From IMG/VR virus record IMGVR_UViG_3300042691_013169, positions 7,476-71,475 of that record: a DNA stretch of 64,000 bases. One strand, written 5' to 3'. A program made the position numbers and the translations under genes. The stretch comes from a virus. Of the stretch, positions 27,216 through 37,248 are shown in pieces (position 1 is the stretch's first letter; each line of letters starts with the position of its first letter). The notes beneath the pieces are model-generated. The model worked only from the letters and a program-made list of their open reading frames with translations. It did no database searches and had not been told where the DNA came from.

Positions 27216-27643
27216 TGAATGATCTAGTAGAAGCAGTACTTAGCATGAAGGCAGACGTCTATAGACAGTCTGAGCTACAAGACCCAGATACGGGTGAAAT
27301 TTTAAGATCTTGGATGTATTACAAGACGGTAAATTGTCATGCAAAAGGCGTAATCAGTAATTCAGCCACAACAAGATCAAGCGACAGACAAACGTTTTCA
27401 AATAAATATACAAACGAGCAGGTTATCCAAGTCAGAACTTTAGATCGTTTAATTAGTAGAGAAAAGATTACTAATATTCGTGATTCTGCTGGAAATGTAA
27501 TTTGGAAAGAAATAGATTATCCAAATGAAACTCCAACAGTTTTTGAAGTAATTGGAACAACTCCAATTACGGATCCATTTGGACAATCAATTGGTTTTAG
27601 CACATCTATGAAGAGATCGGAGAATCAGCAAATTGGATACTAG
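27215..27643 (+). CDS. Head closure/stopper protein (putative)
   Basis: Size and synteny; Q.PDTG.I.R.W motif. Confidence 0.55.
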   Translation: MNDLVEAVLSMKADVYRQSELQDPDTGEILRSWMYYKTVNCHAKGVISNSATTRSSDRQTFSNKYTNEQVIQVRTLDRLISREKITNIRDSAGNVIWKEIDYPNETPTVFEVIGTTPITDPFGQSIGFSTSMKRSENQQIGY

Positions 27644-28418
27644 TGGTATGCTGCTATCAGCTGCTAGCGGTCTTGAAGGGCTAATGGTTGGCAATAGAGA
27701 CAATCCTGTAATAAAGGATAGTACTGTTGCACAAATTTCTGCATTTGTATATTATCAAGCAAACGTAATTGCCAAGCTAGAAAAAAGTAAAGAATTTCAA
27801 AATATGTTTAGCAAGACTATATTTCAACAAATTGAAAAAGATTTTCCAGCATTTATAGATTCACAGGCAAGAACAAGGCCAAGATCTTTTCACCATGTTT
27901 ATGAATGGGGTAAGGCAGGAAATGCCGAAGCTAGACTTTTTAAACTAAATAAACTAACACAAGAAGGTTTGTCATTTAAGTTAGATTACGAATTCATGCC
28001 ATCAGTTTCTAATGTTCCAAATAAATCAAGCAGACGTAGATATAAGTTTGAAAATAAAGCTTCTGTGATGGAGATAGGAATGCCCGTAATAATCTCTCCA
28101 AAGGCAGCAGAGCGTCTTGTATTTAAGATTGATGGTGAAACAGTCTTTATGCCTAAAGGGGCTTCTGTGACCGTCCAGAGGCCTGGAGGATCAGGTGTAA
28201 AAAATCAGTTTAGGCTTGCATACAGTAGATGGTTTAGTAGCGATCTTGTTAATTTATCTATTAAAAGATCTGGATTTCAAAGACTATTTAATTCATCTAT
28301 GACAAAGGCTTTGGCTTTGCCTATGGATATTAAAAAGGTTAAGTATTCATTTAGCAAGAATGCAATTAGAGCCCAGGCTGATATGGCATTAAAGCAATCA
28401 TTTGGAGGTGCGCTATGA
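27633..28418 (+). CDS. Neck/tail completion protein (putative)
   Basis: Basic protein between stopper and tail terminator; HHVYEW and F..KA.VME.G..V.I.PK motifs. Confidence 0.45.
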   Translation: MDTSGMLLSAASGLEGLMVGNRDNPVIKDSTVAQISAFVYYQANVIAKLEKSKEFQNMFSKTIFQQIEKDFPAFIDSQARTRPRSFHHVYEWGKAGNAEARLFKLNKLTQEGLSFKLDYEFMPSVSNVPNKSSRRRYKFENKASVMEIGMPVIISPKAAERLVFKIDGETVFMPKGASVTVQRPGGSGVKNQFRLAYSRWFSSDLVNLSIKRSGFQRLFNSSMTKALALPMDIKKVKYSFSKNAIRAQADMALKQSFGGAL

Positions 28419-28927
28419 CAGTAAATTATAAAATAGATGCCTCCTATGAAATTAGAAAGTATTTATGGGATCAATTTTTAACTATTGGCATTTTTGAGGA
28501 GGACGACTACTGGTCAGATAATTTAGGAGAAGTCACTGTCCCTATAATCCCAGTCCAACAAAATGCTGAAATGAATCAGTTCTTAAGCGGCAAAAAGCAT
28601 ATTGTTTATGACAAGATTGGTATGTCGTATGAAGATAACTGGATGATCTGTTGTGAGCAGATAGCCTTTACCCTATATGCAACGAATGTAGCAGAAATCG
28701 GGGAGATGAGAAACTTTATCACAGACCTATTTAGGAGAATGGATGACTCAGCTGCTGACGTAAACACATTCCTTGGAGTAAATAGCAAGTTTAAATTTCA
28801 TAGTATTTATGTTGCTGAGATATCCCCAACAGAGCCATCTGAGGAGCTAAAGGGATTTTTCTCTGCAGATGTCATTATAGAGGCTAAATACTCTCGCAAG
28901 GTAGACGGCAGAGGCCGATTTTTATAG
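28415..28927 (+). CDS. Tail terminator (putative)
   Basis: Acidic 170-aa protein immediately before the major tail protein. Confidence 0.5.
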   Translation: MTVNYKIDASYEIRKYLWDQFLTIGIFEEDDYWSDNLGEVTVPIIPVQQNAEMNQFLSGKKHIVYDKIGMSYEDNWMICCEQIAFTLYATNVAEIGEMRNFITDLFRRMDDSAADVNTFLGVNSKFKFHSIYVAEISPTEPSEELKGFFSADVIIEAKYSRKVDGRGRFL

Positions 28928-28928
28928 T

Positions 28929-28957
28929 TTGCCTTAAGACCAAAATTGGCCTAAAAT
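28929..28957 (+). promoter_or_regulatory. Sigma70-type promoter for the major tail protein
   Basis: TTGCCT, 17 bp, TAAAAT; same hexamers as the protease promoter. Confidence 0.6.
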
Positions 28958-29027
28958 TAGACAAAGAGGAAAGAGCCTAGCCAGCTTGTTTTTATAACGT
29001 TATAAAATTTCACAGGAGGTGGAAATA

Positions 29028-29741
29028 ATGGCACTAGATGCTAGAAATATTCTCGTAGGTGCTTCTCCATTGTATCTTTCAAAGAAGGATTCAACAGACA
29101 ACACATACGCTGCTGTATTGCCAGAAGGCGCAAACCTTACAGCAGGAACATCAATTCTTAATGATGCAAAGACAGATTTAAGAAACTCAACATTAGCAAC
29201 TGCGTATCGTAACGTAGGATTTACAAACAATGGTCTTCAGATCACTTATAATCCAACATTCGATTCAGTAACCGTAGACCAGCTTCTTGACACAGCTAAG
29301 CTGTTCAAGTCTGCTATGGAGGTTATGATTGCAACAGAAATGTCAGAAGGTACGCTAGAAAACGTTCTTGCAGTATTCGGACAGGCAAGCGATGGAACAT
29401 CAACACTTGATGCAGACAATACTTTAACAAGTTACGATGCAACAGCAAAGAAGCAGGAACTTGGTCTCTCAGCAGGTGCTCTTGGCGTACAGCCAACAGA
29501 GCGTCAGCTAATTGCAGTAGGTCAAGCACCAACAGCTCTTGGCACATTTGATGGTTCTTCAACAGCAAACACAAAGTCAGAGCGTGTATATTATGCTCGT
29601 CGTGTTCTTTCTGTACAACAGTCACAGTTCTCGTTGGCACGTAATACACCAACAACATTTCCAGTAACCTTCCGTCTTCTCCCAGATGCAAATTATGCAG
29701 GAGCAGAATACGGTAAGATTATTGACCGTGTCCTTAGCTAA
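29028..29741 (+). CDS. Major tail (tube) protein
   Basis: ATG 8 nt after AGGAGG. NILVGA, VGFT..GL...Y.P....V.VDQ, E.TLEN and FPVTFRLLPD motifs. Followed by terminator and chaperone. Confidence 0.85.
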   Translation: MALDARNILVGASPLYLSKKDSTDNTYAAVLPEGANLTAGTSILNDAKTDLRNSTLATAYRNVGFTNNGLQITYNPTFDSVTVDQLLDTAKLFKSAMEVMIATEMSEGTLENVLAVFGQASDGTSTLDADNTLTSYDATAKKQELGLSAGALGVQPTERQLIAVGQAPTALGTFDGSSTANTKSERVYYARRVLSVQQSQFSLARNTPTTFPVTFRLLPDANYAGAEYGKIIDRVLS

Positions 29742-29757
29742 TAATTAAGGATTTTGG

Positions 29758-29790
29758 AAAGCCCCCCTCAAATAGGGGGGTTTTCTGTTT
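29758..29790 (+). terminator. Intrinsic terminator after the major tail gene
   Basis: AAAGCCCCCCT-CAAAT-AGGGGGGTTTT followed by CTGTTT. Confidence 0.75.
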
Positions 29791-29817
29791 GTGTTAGTAA
29801 AACGCTTTTGTTATAAT
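29789..29817 (+). promoter_or_regulatory. Sigma70-type promoter for chaperone/tape measure
   Basis: TTGTGT, 17 bp, TATAAT with TG extension. Confidence 0.6.
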
Positions 29818-29846
29818 GATTTAGACCTATCCTAAAGGAGGATAAA

Positions 29847-30179
29847 TTGGCAACAACAGTATATAATGTAGAAGAAGTAGAACTACAAAATGGGGCTAAA
29901 GCAAAGCTAAAGCCACTATCAATTTTTGATCTTCGTGAATTTATGAAAGCAATGTCAAAAGCATCAGATGTTCAAACAGAGGATGAAACAATTACAGTTT
30001 TAATTGACGCATGTGCAGTAGCACTACGTTCACAGTTACCAGAGTTGGTAGCAGATAGAGAAGAGCTAGAAAAAGCATTGGATGTTCCAACAATCAATCG
30101 CATACTCGAAGTGTGTGGAGGGATTAAGATGGACGACCCAAACCTACTAGCGGCAGCGGTTCTGGCTGGTCAGAACTAG
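29847..30179 (+). CDS. Tail assembly chaperone (gpG-like)
   Basis: TTG start after AGGAGG. Lies between major tail and tape measure; slippery site near the 3' end. Confidence 0.8.
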   Translation: MATTVYNVEEVELQNGAKAKLKPLSIFDLREFMKAMSKASDVQTEDETITVLIDACAVALRSQLPELVADREELEKALDVPTINRILEVCGGIKMDDPNLLAAAVLAGQN

Positions 30180-30190
30180 ATCTAGCCGCT
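30137..30190 (+). promoter_or_regulatory. Programmed -1 ribosomal frameshift signal
   Basis: C CCA AAC heptamer in frame at 30137-30143. Downstream stems: AGCGGC/GCCGCT enclosing GGTTCTGG/TCAGAACT. Confidence 0.75.
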
Positions 30191-30505
30191 TTAGAAGGAG
30201 AAGTATTTCTCCTAGGGCATTGGAAGAATTACCAGGAGTTAGAAGAAAATCTTTCGATGCCAGAGTTAATTCAAACTCTAAAAGCCGTAAACAAGAAGGA
30301 AGATGAAAACAGAAGGTTTATGGCTTCAATGCAAGGAGTAGAATTAAACGAACAAAACACAACAGAAGGGCCTAGTTTCGAAGACGTTAGAAGAAGAGCA
30401 TTAGGAGTTAATGCATCAGGAGATGACGTGGTTTCATTACAAGGATCGTTTGCACAGCAAGCAGGATTTGGAATTGGAGCAGGATTAGGTTACTCACAGG
30501 AGTAA
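30143..30505 (+). CDS. Frameshift extension of the tail assembly chaperone (gpGT-like C-terminal part)
   Basis: The -1 frame is open from 30128 to 30505 (PTSGSGSGWSELDLAALEGEVFLLGHWKNYQELEENLSMPEL...). The listed ORF 30257-30505 is only its distal part. Confidence 0.75.
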   Translation, partial: PTSGSGSGWSELDLAALEGEVFLLGHWKNYQELEENLSMPELIQTLKAVNKKEDENRRFMASMQGVELNEQNTTEGPSFEDVRRRALGVNASGDDVVSLQGSFAQQAGFGIGAGLGYSQE

Positions 30506-30508
30506 TAA

Positions 30509-33500
30509 ATGGCAGAAGAACAAGTCCGAACTCGAATAGTAGCCAATGCGGATTTCTCAAATCTTATAGCAGATGTGCATAAGGTAACTGCATCTCTTGC
30601 TAAAATGCAGGAGCAGTTAGCACAATCTAATAAGATGTTTGCAAATCAAATTGCCTCTATGAATAGAGGGTTTGCAGATACTATTAGAAGTACTGGACAG
30701 TTCTCAACACATTTTGTTAGTCTTCAGTCAGATGTTCAGAAGTTTGGCCAACAGCTTGATAAGGGGCAAATCAAGCTTGGCCAATATTATAGAGTTTTAC
30801 AATCGCATACCAAAACACAAGGCGGCTTAATTAGAGATCTTGCTAAACAGCAAGTAGCTTTACAGAATTCAATTCTTCAGCCTCTAGGCAGAAATGCAGA
30901 AGGAATTATGCAATACAATGTGCATATTCCAAGAGGATTAAACGAGACAAAGAATAAGACTGCAATTGCAAGACAAGAATTGCAAATTATGAATAAGGTC
31001 ATGCAGCAGGGTGCAGGACAATTGATTAACTGGGGTAAAAATACTCAGTGGGCAGGTCGTCAGTTAACAGTAGGTTTAACTGTACCAATAGCAGCGTTTG
31101 GTAAGGCTGCAGCAGATGCGTTTAGAGTAGCAGACCAAGAGCTTACAAGATTAACAAAGGTTTATGGAGATACTGCTGGAGCTAGCGCACAAGAGCTTGG
31201 AAAAATAAGAAGAGAAGTTGGCGAAACCGCAAAGAGATTAGCGCAAGAACTTGGTGCAACATATAACGAGACCATATCTTTAGCAGCAGACATTGCAGCA
31301 ACTGGAAAAACTGGCGAAGAGTTAATTAAATCAACAGAAGAAGCAACACGTCTTGCTATCCTTGGAGAAGTAGATAGACAAGAGGCTATGAAAGCAACTC
31401 TAGCTATACAGTCAGCTTTTAAAGCCAACACAGAAGAACTATCTCAATCTATTGACTTCCTAAACGCAGTTGAAAACCAAACATCTACCAGCCTTTCAGA
31501 TCTAGTAGAAGCAATTCCAAAAGCAGGTCCAGTAGTTAAAGGTCTTGGAGGATCTGTAAAAGACCTTGCTTTATATCTAACTGCTATGCGTGAAGGTGGA
31601 ATTAATGCATCTGAAGGAGCTAACGCTCTAAAGTCAGCGCTTGCATCTTTAATTAACCCAACAGATAAAGCGGTTGAAAAGTTTAAGTCTATGGGAATTG
31701 ATATCCTAGGTATTGTAAATAATAATGCTGGAAACCTTACCGCTACTCTTATGGAATTACAGGGAGCCTTAGACAACTTAGATCCATTACAAAAGCAACA
31801 GGCTATTGAACAACTATTTGGAAAGTTCCAGTTCTCAAGACTTAACGCATTGTTTGAAAATCTTGGAAGACAAGGAAGCCAAACGCTGCAGGTATTAGAT
31901 TTAATGAAAGCAAGCACAGATGATTTAGGTGCAATTGCTGATCGAGAATTAAGAGCAGTAACAGAGTCAGCTTCTGGTAGATATAAAAGAGCAGTAGAGG
32001 GTCTAAAAGCAGAACTTGCTGGTATTGGAGAGTCATTCTTAAATATCAGCACAGTGTTAGTAAATGTTATAGCAAAGGTTGTTGATTTTGTAAGCAATTT
32101 GCCAAAGCCTATCAAAACAGTTCTAGCTTTTATTGGTGGACTAACAGCATTATCTGGTCCGCTTATCATGCTTACTGGTGTACTTGCAAACTTCTTTGGA
32201 TATATTGTTAAGGGTGCATTCCATTTAAAATCATTATTTAAAGGCGGAGAAGGATGGAAGTATTTAACTCCTGAAATGCTTGCTGCAGAAAGAGCAGGAA
32301 GCCTAGTAGAAAAAACATTTTACGATGATGCAAAAGCTGCCTCAATCTTACAGCTTGCCTTAAGAAACCTTATTGATGAATTTACTATATTAGAAACAAA
32401 AGCAAAGACTGGAGCAATGTCTGTTGCGCCAGCAGTTAATACAATTACAAATCAAGCAGTATCTGCTGCTATGGCTTCTAGAGTTGTAAATCCACAACAC
32501 CCACTAGTTGGAGCTCCATACACCAGAGCATCTTCTCATATGAATCCTCGTGGAGGAATGTCAGAAGAAGAAAGAATGGCTCAAACAATATTTGGAATGG
32601 TTCCTGGATCTGGTCCAGTAAATCAAAAGATTGGCCAAAACCCACAGATTTATATGAATGCTCCTTTGCCAGATGTTCCTGGTTTAACTAAGGTTAATGG
32701 AGTTTCTACTGGAGTAGTTGCAGGAGAGGCCGCAAAATGGCATGCAATGATGGCAACATTAGGAATGCAGTCAAAGGCAGAAATTGAACAATTAAGAAGA
32801 ACTATTATTGCAACTGGAACATTGACTAAAGACTTTATGTCAACATTCGATGATATCTTGCCAGCAGTAAAAGCCATTACAGATAATGCAGCAGCACAGT
32901 CTGCACAAATTGTTGCACAATTAAAAGCAGGCAAGTTTACAGTAGAACAAGCAAGAGCTGAAATTATAGCTCTCAATGCACAGACAGAAGCAATGATAGC
33001 TTCTACAGTATCTGCACAGGCTGCTGGAATGGGAAGATCTATAAACCCTACAATGATTCCAACGCTAGACCAACCAGTAGTAGATCCTACTGGAAGATCT
33101 AACATGAGAGAGTTATTTAAAAAGAGTAAAACAAAAGATTTTATTGATAGAGTAGCAAGAGGGCTAGGAGTAAGAACCTCAGGCGCAGGATATAATATTG
33201 AAACAACAATTCCTAAAAGACTTAATATGGGTAACATTGTTCCAGGAACTGGAAATCAAGACACAGTTCCAGCAATGCTTACTCCTGGAGAATTTGTTGT
33301 AAATGCAAAAGCAACTGCAAGACATTTACCATTGCTTCAAGCAATTAATGGAAGTACAAGAGAAGCAGGTCCTGCAAATATGCTTGGCGGATTTATGGCA
33401 TCAAGGGCAGCAAATGCAATTCTTGGAGCGTTTGGAGTAGCAAGCAGATCAACAAAATCTGCAAGACTTGTAGGCAACTGGGGCATGTTAATGCCAAAGA

Positions 33501-36500
33501 GAATTAATGATCAGCTTGCAATGAAGCGTGGATCAAAGGGTGCTTCTGGGCTTGAGCTAAAGATGTTACTAAATGATCCAAATAGATTAATTGATTTAGA
33601 AAGATTCCTAGCATTTAGAGGAGTTAAGCCAGCAGATATATCTGCAGCAAAACAAAGAGTTGCAGCAAGACTCTCTCAGAAAATAAATTCAAATTCTGTT
33701 TACGATGATAAAACATTTGGCAGACTTTCATTTTCAGCTATAGACGAAGAAATTGTAGCTATGGAATCAATGTATCCAGGCATAAGATTAGCTTATCAAA
33801 AAGATAGAATGATGCCTGGAAGACGTGACACTGCCAGCTCTAATCCAACTAAGCATGGTCCAAGCCCAACAGCTATAAATGTTCCTGGAGGAAGAGGAAG
33901 TAGTTATGGTTCTGGAAAGAATGGAGAAGTTTGGGGACACTTTGCAGATGATGCTTTTGATGCAAACATTGCTTCTTTGCGTGGAGTACTAGGATTTAAT
34001 AAAGGCGGTATGGTTCCAGGAGTACAGTATTTAAATGATGGAAGCGATGAACCAGTAGGATTTAGAGCAGGGTTTGATAGAGGACGTGCAGGCGGCAGCG
34101 GACAAATGGGCGGACTTGGAATGTTTGGAGCAGGTTTTGGATTACAGATGGGATCTCAATTTGTAGGTGGAACAGCTGGATCAGCAATGATGACTGCTGG
34201 AACTGTAATGCAATTAATGCCAATGCTTCAGGGAATTACTTCAATGGGTGGAAAGCTTAAAGGACTAACTGGTCTAGCTCAAACATTCGGAAGAGTTGCA
34301 GGAACTGCATTTAGATTAGCAGGTGCTGCTGTGAGATTCTTTACTGGACCAATTGGACTTGCAACAATTGCCATTACTGGCGCAGTAATGTGGTACAGAA
34401 AGTGGCAAGAAGGCATTAAAGAAACAAGGCGTGAAAATGCTTTGTTAAATGGTATGACGGTCAAGGGTGCTAAAGAAGCAGGAATATCTTATAAGAGCAT
34501 CTCAGATAAAATTAAAGATGTTAATGAGCAGCTAAAGCTATCTAGAGAACAAGGAATGCTTGGCTTTGAAGCAACTACAAATGCTGGTATCCCTGGACTT
34601 ACATTAACAATTAAGGAATTAAAAGAGCTTAAGAAGACTGCTAAAGAAACTATGCCAGAGCTTCTAGCAACATTTAATAGTATTGATGCAACCAAGGTAA
34701 ATGATTTAGCTTCTAATCTAAAGGCTCAATTTGTTGCTGCTGGAATGAGCGTTGAAGACGCAACAAATAAAATTTATGCCCTTATCTCAGCTTCAGAAAA
34801 ATCTGGTCAAGCATTTGGTGCTATATCTGGTAAGGCATTTATGCAGATTAAGGATAAGTCAACTGCTGCAGCATTCTCCGTACAACTATTATCAGATAAT
34901 TTAAATGAGGTTAATGCTGGAGTTTCCGACATAGATGCAGCTGCTTTAGCTGGAAACTTTGAGTCTGTTATTTCAAGTATTGATTCTGCAGTTACTGGTC
35001 TTGTTGGAACTAAAGACGAAACTGGAAAAATTATTGATGAGACAAAGGCTTTGCAAATACAGTTTGAAAAGCTTAATGAGAAGGGTCTTCTAAGAACTAA
35101 GATTGGTCAAGAAGCCCTAAATCAATTAAAGAAAGAAAGACCAGAACTTGCTGCTATATTAAAGAGCTCAGACTCTATTGGCGGAATGTATGCAAAGTGG
35201 AGAGTTCTTCTTTCTGGTGCTTACGTAGACCTAAAAAATATTACATCAGAACAAGCAATAGGCCTAGCCGCATATCAGCAAGCATTAGATATGGCAGGAG
35301 AGCAAATAGCAACAGGGCAAGTTGTCTCCAGTGTTCTAGACGATTCTGTTAAGGGATCTCAAAAGCTAGAAGAGCAAATTAAGAAGAACACTAAGGCTAT
35401 GAAAAATTATAGCAACGAATCAGTTGGATTAAGCAGACAGCAAATAAAAGCAATTAATGATCAAATTGCTGCAATTAAAAAGCAGGCAGATGCTAAAAAG
35501 AAAGCAATGCAAGATGCATTAGATTCTGAAAATACTGAGTTAGAGTTAATGCAATTAAAGCGTGAAGCTCAAGATGCTCTTGCCCGTGGTGATAGAGATG
35601 CGTATGCAGATATTCAATTGAGAATACAGCAGTTAACTAAAGAGGCTCAGACAAAGGCGGCTATCAGAAAGATAGAAGAAAATGAGCAAAGAGACATTGA
35701 GGCAAAACAAAAGATTCTCGATGCAGACGCAGAAAAGAAAGCAAGAGCAGATGAAAACATTGCTGGAGTAGGAAAGAGAACAGAGTCTGCAGCTGAAACA
35801 AAGGCTACAGTAGATAAGTTAAATCAAACAATTCTACAACTTGCTGGAGAAAGAGTACAGGCTCTTAAGATTAAAGATGCTGAGAAGAGACAAAAAGCGC
35901 TAAATACAATTGAAGGAAAGTTCAGCACTCAGTTCTTAGATATTCTAGAGAAGTCTTCAGATGCTGTACAGCAGTATTTTAGCGATTTTGTTGATGTAAA
36001 AACAAATAAAGCATTTAGAAAAACAATAACTGATGTGCCTGGAGTAGGATCATTTACTAGTGGAGGAATGGCAAACTCTGCGTTTGCTCAGCTAGCTACA
36101 GAGCTTGGAAAACAAGGCGAAGTTAATTTCCAAGGATTTGCTGATTCAATTAAGGGTGGAGCAACTCTTGGAATGATTTATAAGGTCTTGGGCGGAAAAC
36201 CAACAGGAAGCTTAAAGTCATTAACTATGGAAGATGTTAAGGGTGCGATTATATCAAATCAAGGAAGAAGCTCCGCATACCTTAAGGATTACACTAAGGA
36301 TGATAAGTCCCTAGAAGAAGGCGTAAGAAATGCAATTATTCAAAAGTATGGATTTAAAGATGGAGATTCTTTTGAGTTTGAAGGAATTACATATAATGTA
36401 AAGCCAAAGCCGTGGTATAACGGAGGAGGACTTCAGGCAGTAAAGAGAGCAATGGGTGGTAGATTTGTTCCTGGAGTTCCTTACACATTAAATGACGGAC

Positions 36501-36775
36501 TAAAAACAGAGGGTGTTGTTTTTGATAGACCAGGCAATGTTTATCCTAATATTAATACAATGCCTAGATTTGATATCCCTTCACAAAGCATAACTGCTTC
36601 AGGAGTATCTGCAACAAATTCTTATAATAATAATACATACACAATTAGTATAGAATTAAATGGCACAAATGTGTCACCAGATGATATAATCAGAAGAATG
36701 AAACAAGAAATGTCTATGATTCAAGCAAAGGAGGGTACAGTGAGAACACTAGGCTCACTGTCTAGAAACTACTAA
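30509..36775 (+). CDS. Tape measure protein
   Basis: 2088 aa, helical. WGKNTQWAGRQLT.G.TVP, LNAVENQT...L.DL..AIP, GPL.M..G..AN and DTVPAMLTPGEFVVN motifs; synteny. Confidence 0.9.
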   Translation: MAEEQVRTRIVANADFSNLIADVHKVTASLAKMQEQLAQSNKMFANQIASMNRGFADTIRSTGQFSTHFVSLQSDVQKFGQQLDKGQIKLGQYYRVLQSHTKTQGGLIRDLAKQQVALQNSILQPLGRNAEGIMQYNVHIPRGLNETKNKTAIARQELQIMNKVMQQGAGQLINWGKNTQWAGRQLTVGLTVPIAAFGKAAADAFRVADQELTRLTKVYGDTAGASAQELGKIRREVGETAKRLAQELGATYNETISLAADIAATGKTGEELIKSTEEATRLAILGEVDRQEAMKATLAIQSAFKANTEELSQSIDFLNAVENQTSTSLSDLVEAIPKAGPVVKGLGGSVKDLALYLTAMREGGINASEGANALKSALASLINPTDKAVEKFKSMGIDILGIVNNNAGNLTATLMELQGALDNLDPLQKQQAIEQLFGKFQFSRLNALFENLGRQGSQTLQVLDLMKASTDDLGAIADRELRAVTESASGRYKRAVEGLKAELAGIGESFLNISTVLVNVIAKVVDFVSNLPKPIKTVLAFIGGLTALSGPLIMLTGVLANFFGYIVKGAFHLKSLFKGGEGWKYLTPEMLAAERAGSLVEKTFYDDAKAASILQLALRNLIDEFTILETKAKTGAMSVAPAVNTITNQAVSAAMASRVVNPQHPLVGAPYTRASSHMNPRGGMSEEERMAQTIFGMVPGSGPVNQKIGQNPQIYMNAPLPDVPGLTKVNGVSTGVVAGEAAKWHAMMATLGMQSKAEIEQLRRTIIATGTLTKDFMSTFDDILPAVKAITDNAAAQSAQIVAQLKAGKFTVEQARAEIIALNAQTEAMIASTVSAQAAGMGRSINPTMIPTLDQPVVDPTGRSNMRELFKKSKTKDFIDRVARGLGVRTSGAGYNIETTIPKRLNMGNIVPGTGNQDTVPAMLTPGEFVVNAKATARHLPLLQAINGSTREAGPANMLGGFMASRAANAILGAFGVASRSTKSARLVGNWGMLMPKRINDQLAMKRGSKGASGLELKMLLNDPNRLIDLERFLAFRGVKPADISAAKQRVAARLSQKINSNSVYDDKTFGRLSFSAIDEEIVAMESMYPGIRLAYQKDRMMPGRRDTASSNPTKHGPSPTAINVPGGRGSSYGSGKNGEVWGHFADDAFDANIASLRGVLGFNKGGMVPGVQYLNDGSDEPVGFRAGFDRGRAGGSGQMGGLGMFGAGFGLQMGSQFVGGTAGSAMMTAGTVMQLMPMLQGITSMGGKLKGLTGLAQTFGRVAGTAFRLAGAAVRFFTGPIGLATIAITGAVMWYRKWQEGIKETRRENALLNGMTVKGAKEAGISYKSISDKIKDVNEQLKLSREQGMLGFEATTNAGIPGLTLTIKELKELKKTAKETMPELLATFNSIDATKVNDLASNLKAQFVAAGMSVEDATNKIYALISASEKSGQAFGAISGKAFMQIKDKSTAAAFSVQLLSDNLNEVNAGVSDIDAAALAGNFESVISSIDSAVTGLVGTKDETGKIIDETKALQIQFEKLNEKGLLRTKIGQEALNQLKKERPELAAILKSSDSIGGMYAKWRVLLSGAYVDLKNITSEQAIGLAAYQQALDMAGEQIATGQVVSSVLDDSVKGSQKLEEQIKKNTKAMKNYSNESVGLSRQQIKAINDQIAAIKKQADAKKKAMQDALDSENTELELMQLKREAQDALARGDRDAYADIQLRIQQLTKEAQTKAAIRKIEENEQRDIEAKQKILDADAEKKARADENIAGVGKRTESAAETKATVDKLNQTILQLAGERVQALKIKDAEKRQKALNTIEGKFSTQFLDILEKSSDAVQQYFSDFVDVKTNKAFRKTITDVPGVGSFTSGGMANSAFAQLATELGKQGEVNFQGFADSIKGGATLGMIYKVLGGKPTGSLKSLTMEDVKGAIISNQGRSSAYLKDYTKDDKSLEEGVRNAIIQKYGFKDGDSFEFEGITYNVKPKPWYNGGGLQAVKRAMGGRFVPGVPYTLNDGLKTEGVVFDRPGNVYPNINTMPRFDIPSQSITASGVSATNSYNNNTYTISIELNGTNVSPDDIIRRMKQEMSMIQAKEGTVRTLGSLSRNY

Positions 36776-37248
36776 TGTCAACAGTACATATGCCCAGAGG
36801 GTCTATTTTATTAATAGAAGCAAAAGACTTGCTGGCTACTCCTGCTGGAACAACTAAAATTTGGAATAGAGTTACAGAACACAACAGGTCAGAATTTTCT
36901 ATGGACGTTGAAAGAATTGAAAAGTCTGTTAGAACCTCCAATGGAACTTTAAGAAAAAATCATGTTGCTGACAAAAGAAAGTTTTCTCTTAACTGGAATA
37001 TGCTTCCTTCATATAGAACTCTAACTGTAGACGGAGCTTGGGGAGCAGAGGACTTAAGATCATTTTATCTATCTGATGACGGTAAAACTTCATTTAATAT
37101 TAGAATTAATCTAGCAAAAACAGGGCTGGATCAAACTTCTTCTGGCTATGAAACAGCAACAGTTGTAATTACTAACTGCAGCTTTACAGTTGTAAAAAGA
37201 GGGCTACAACCATTCTGGAATGTCTCGTTACAGATGGATGAAGTATAA
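36775..37248 (+). CDS. Distal tail protein-like minor tail protein
   Basis: Directly after the tape measure; TEHNR, ERIE...R..NGTLR...ADK, W.MLPS motifs. Confidence 0.6.
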   Translation: MSTVHMPRGSILLIEAKDLLATPAGTTKIWNRVTEHNRSEFSMDVERIEKSVRTSNGTLRKNHVADKRKFSLNWNMLPSYRTLTVDGAWGAEDLRSFYLSDDGKTSFNIRINLAKTGLDQTSSGYETATVVITNCSFTVVKRGLQPFWNVSLQMDEV

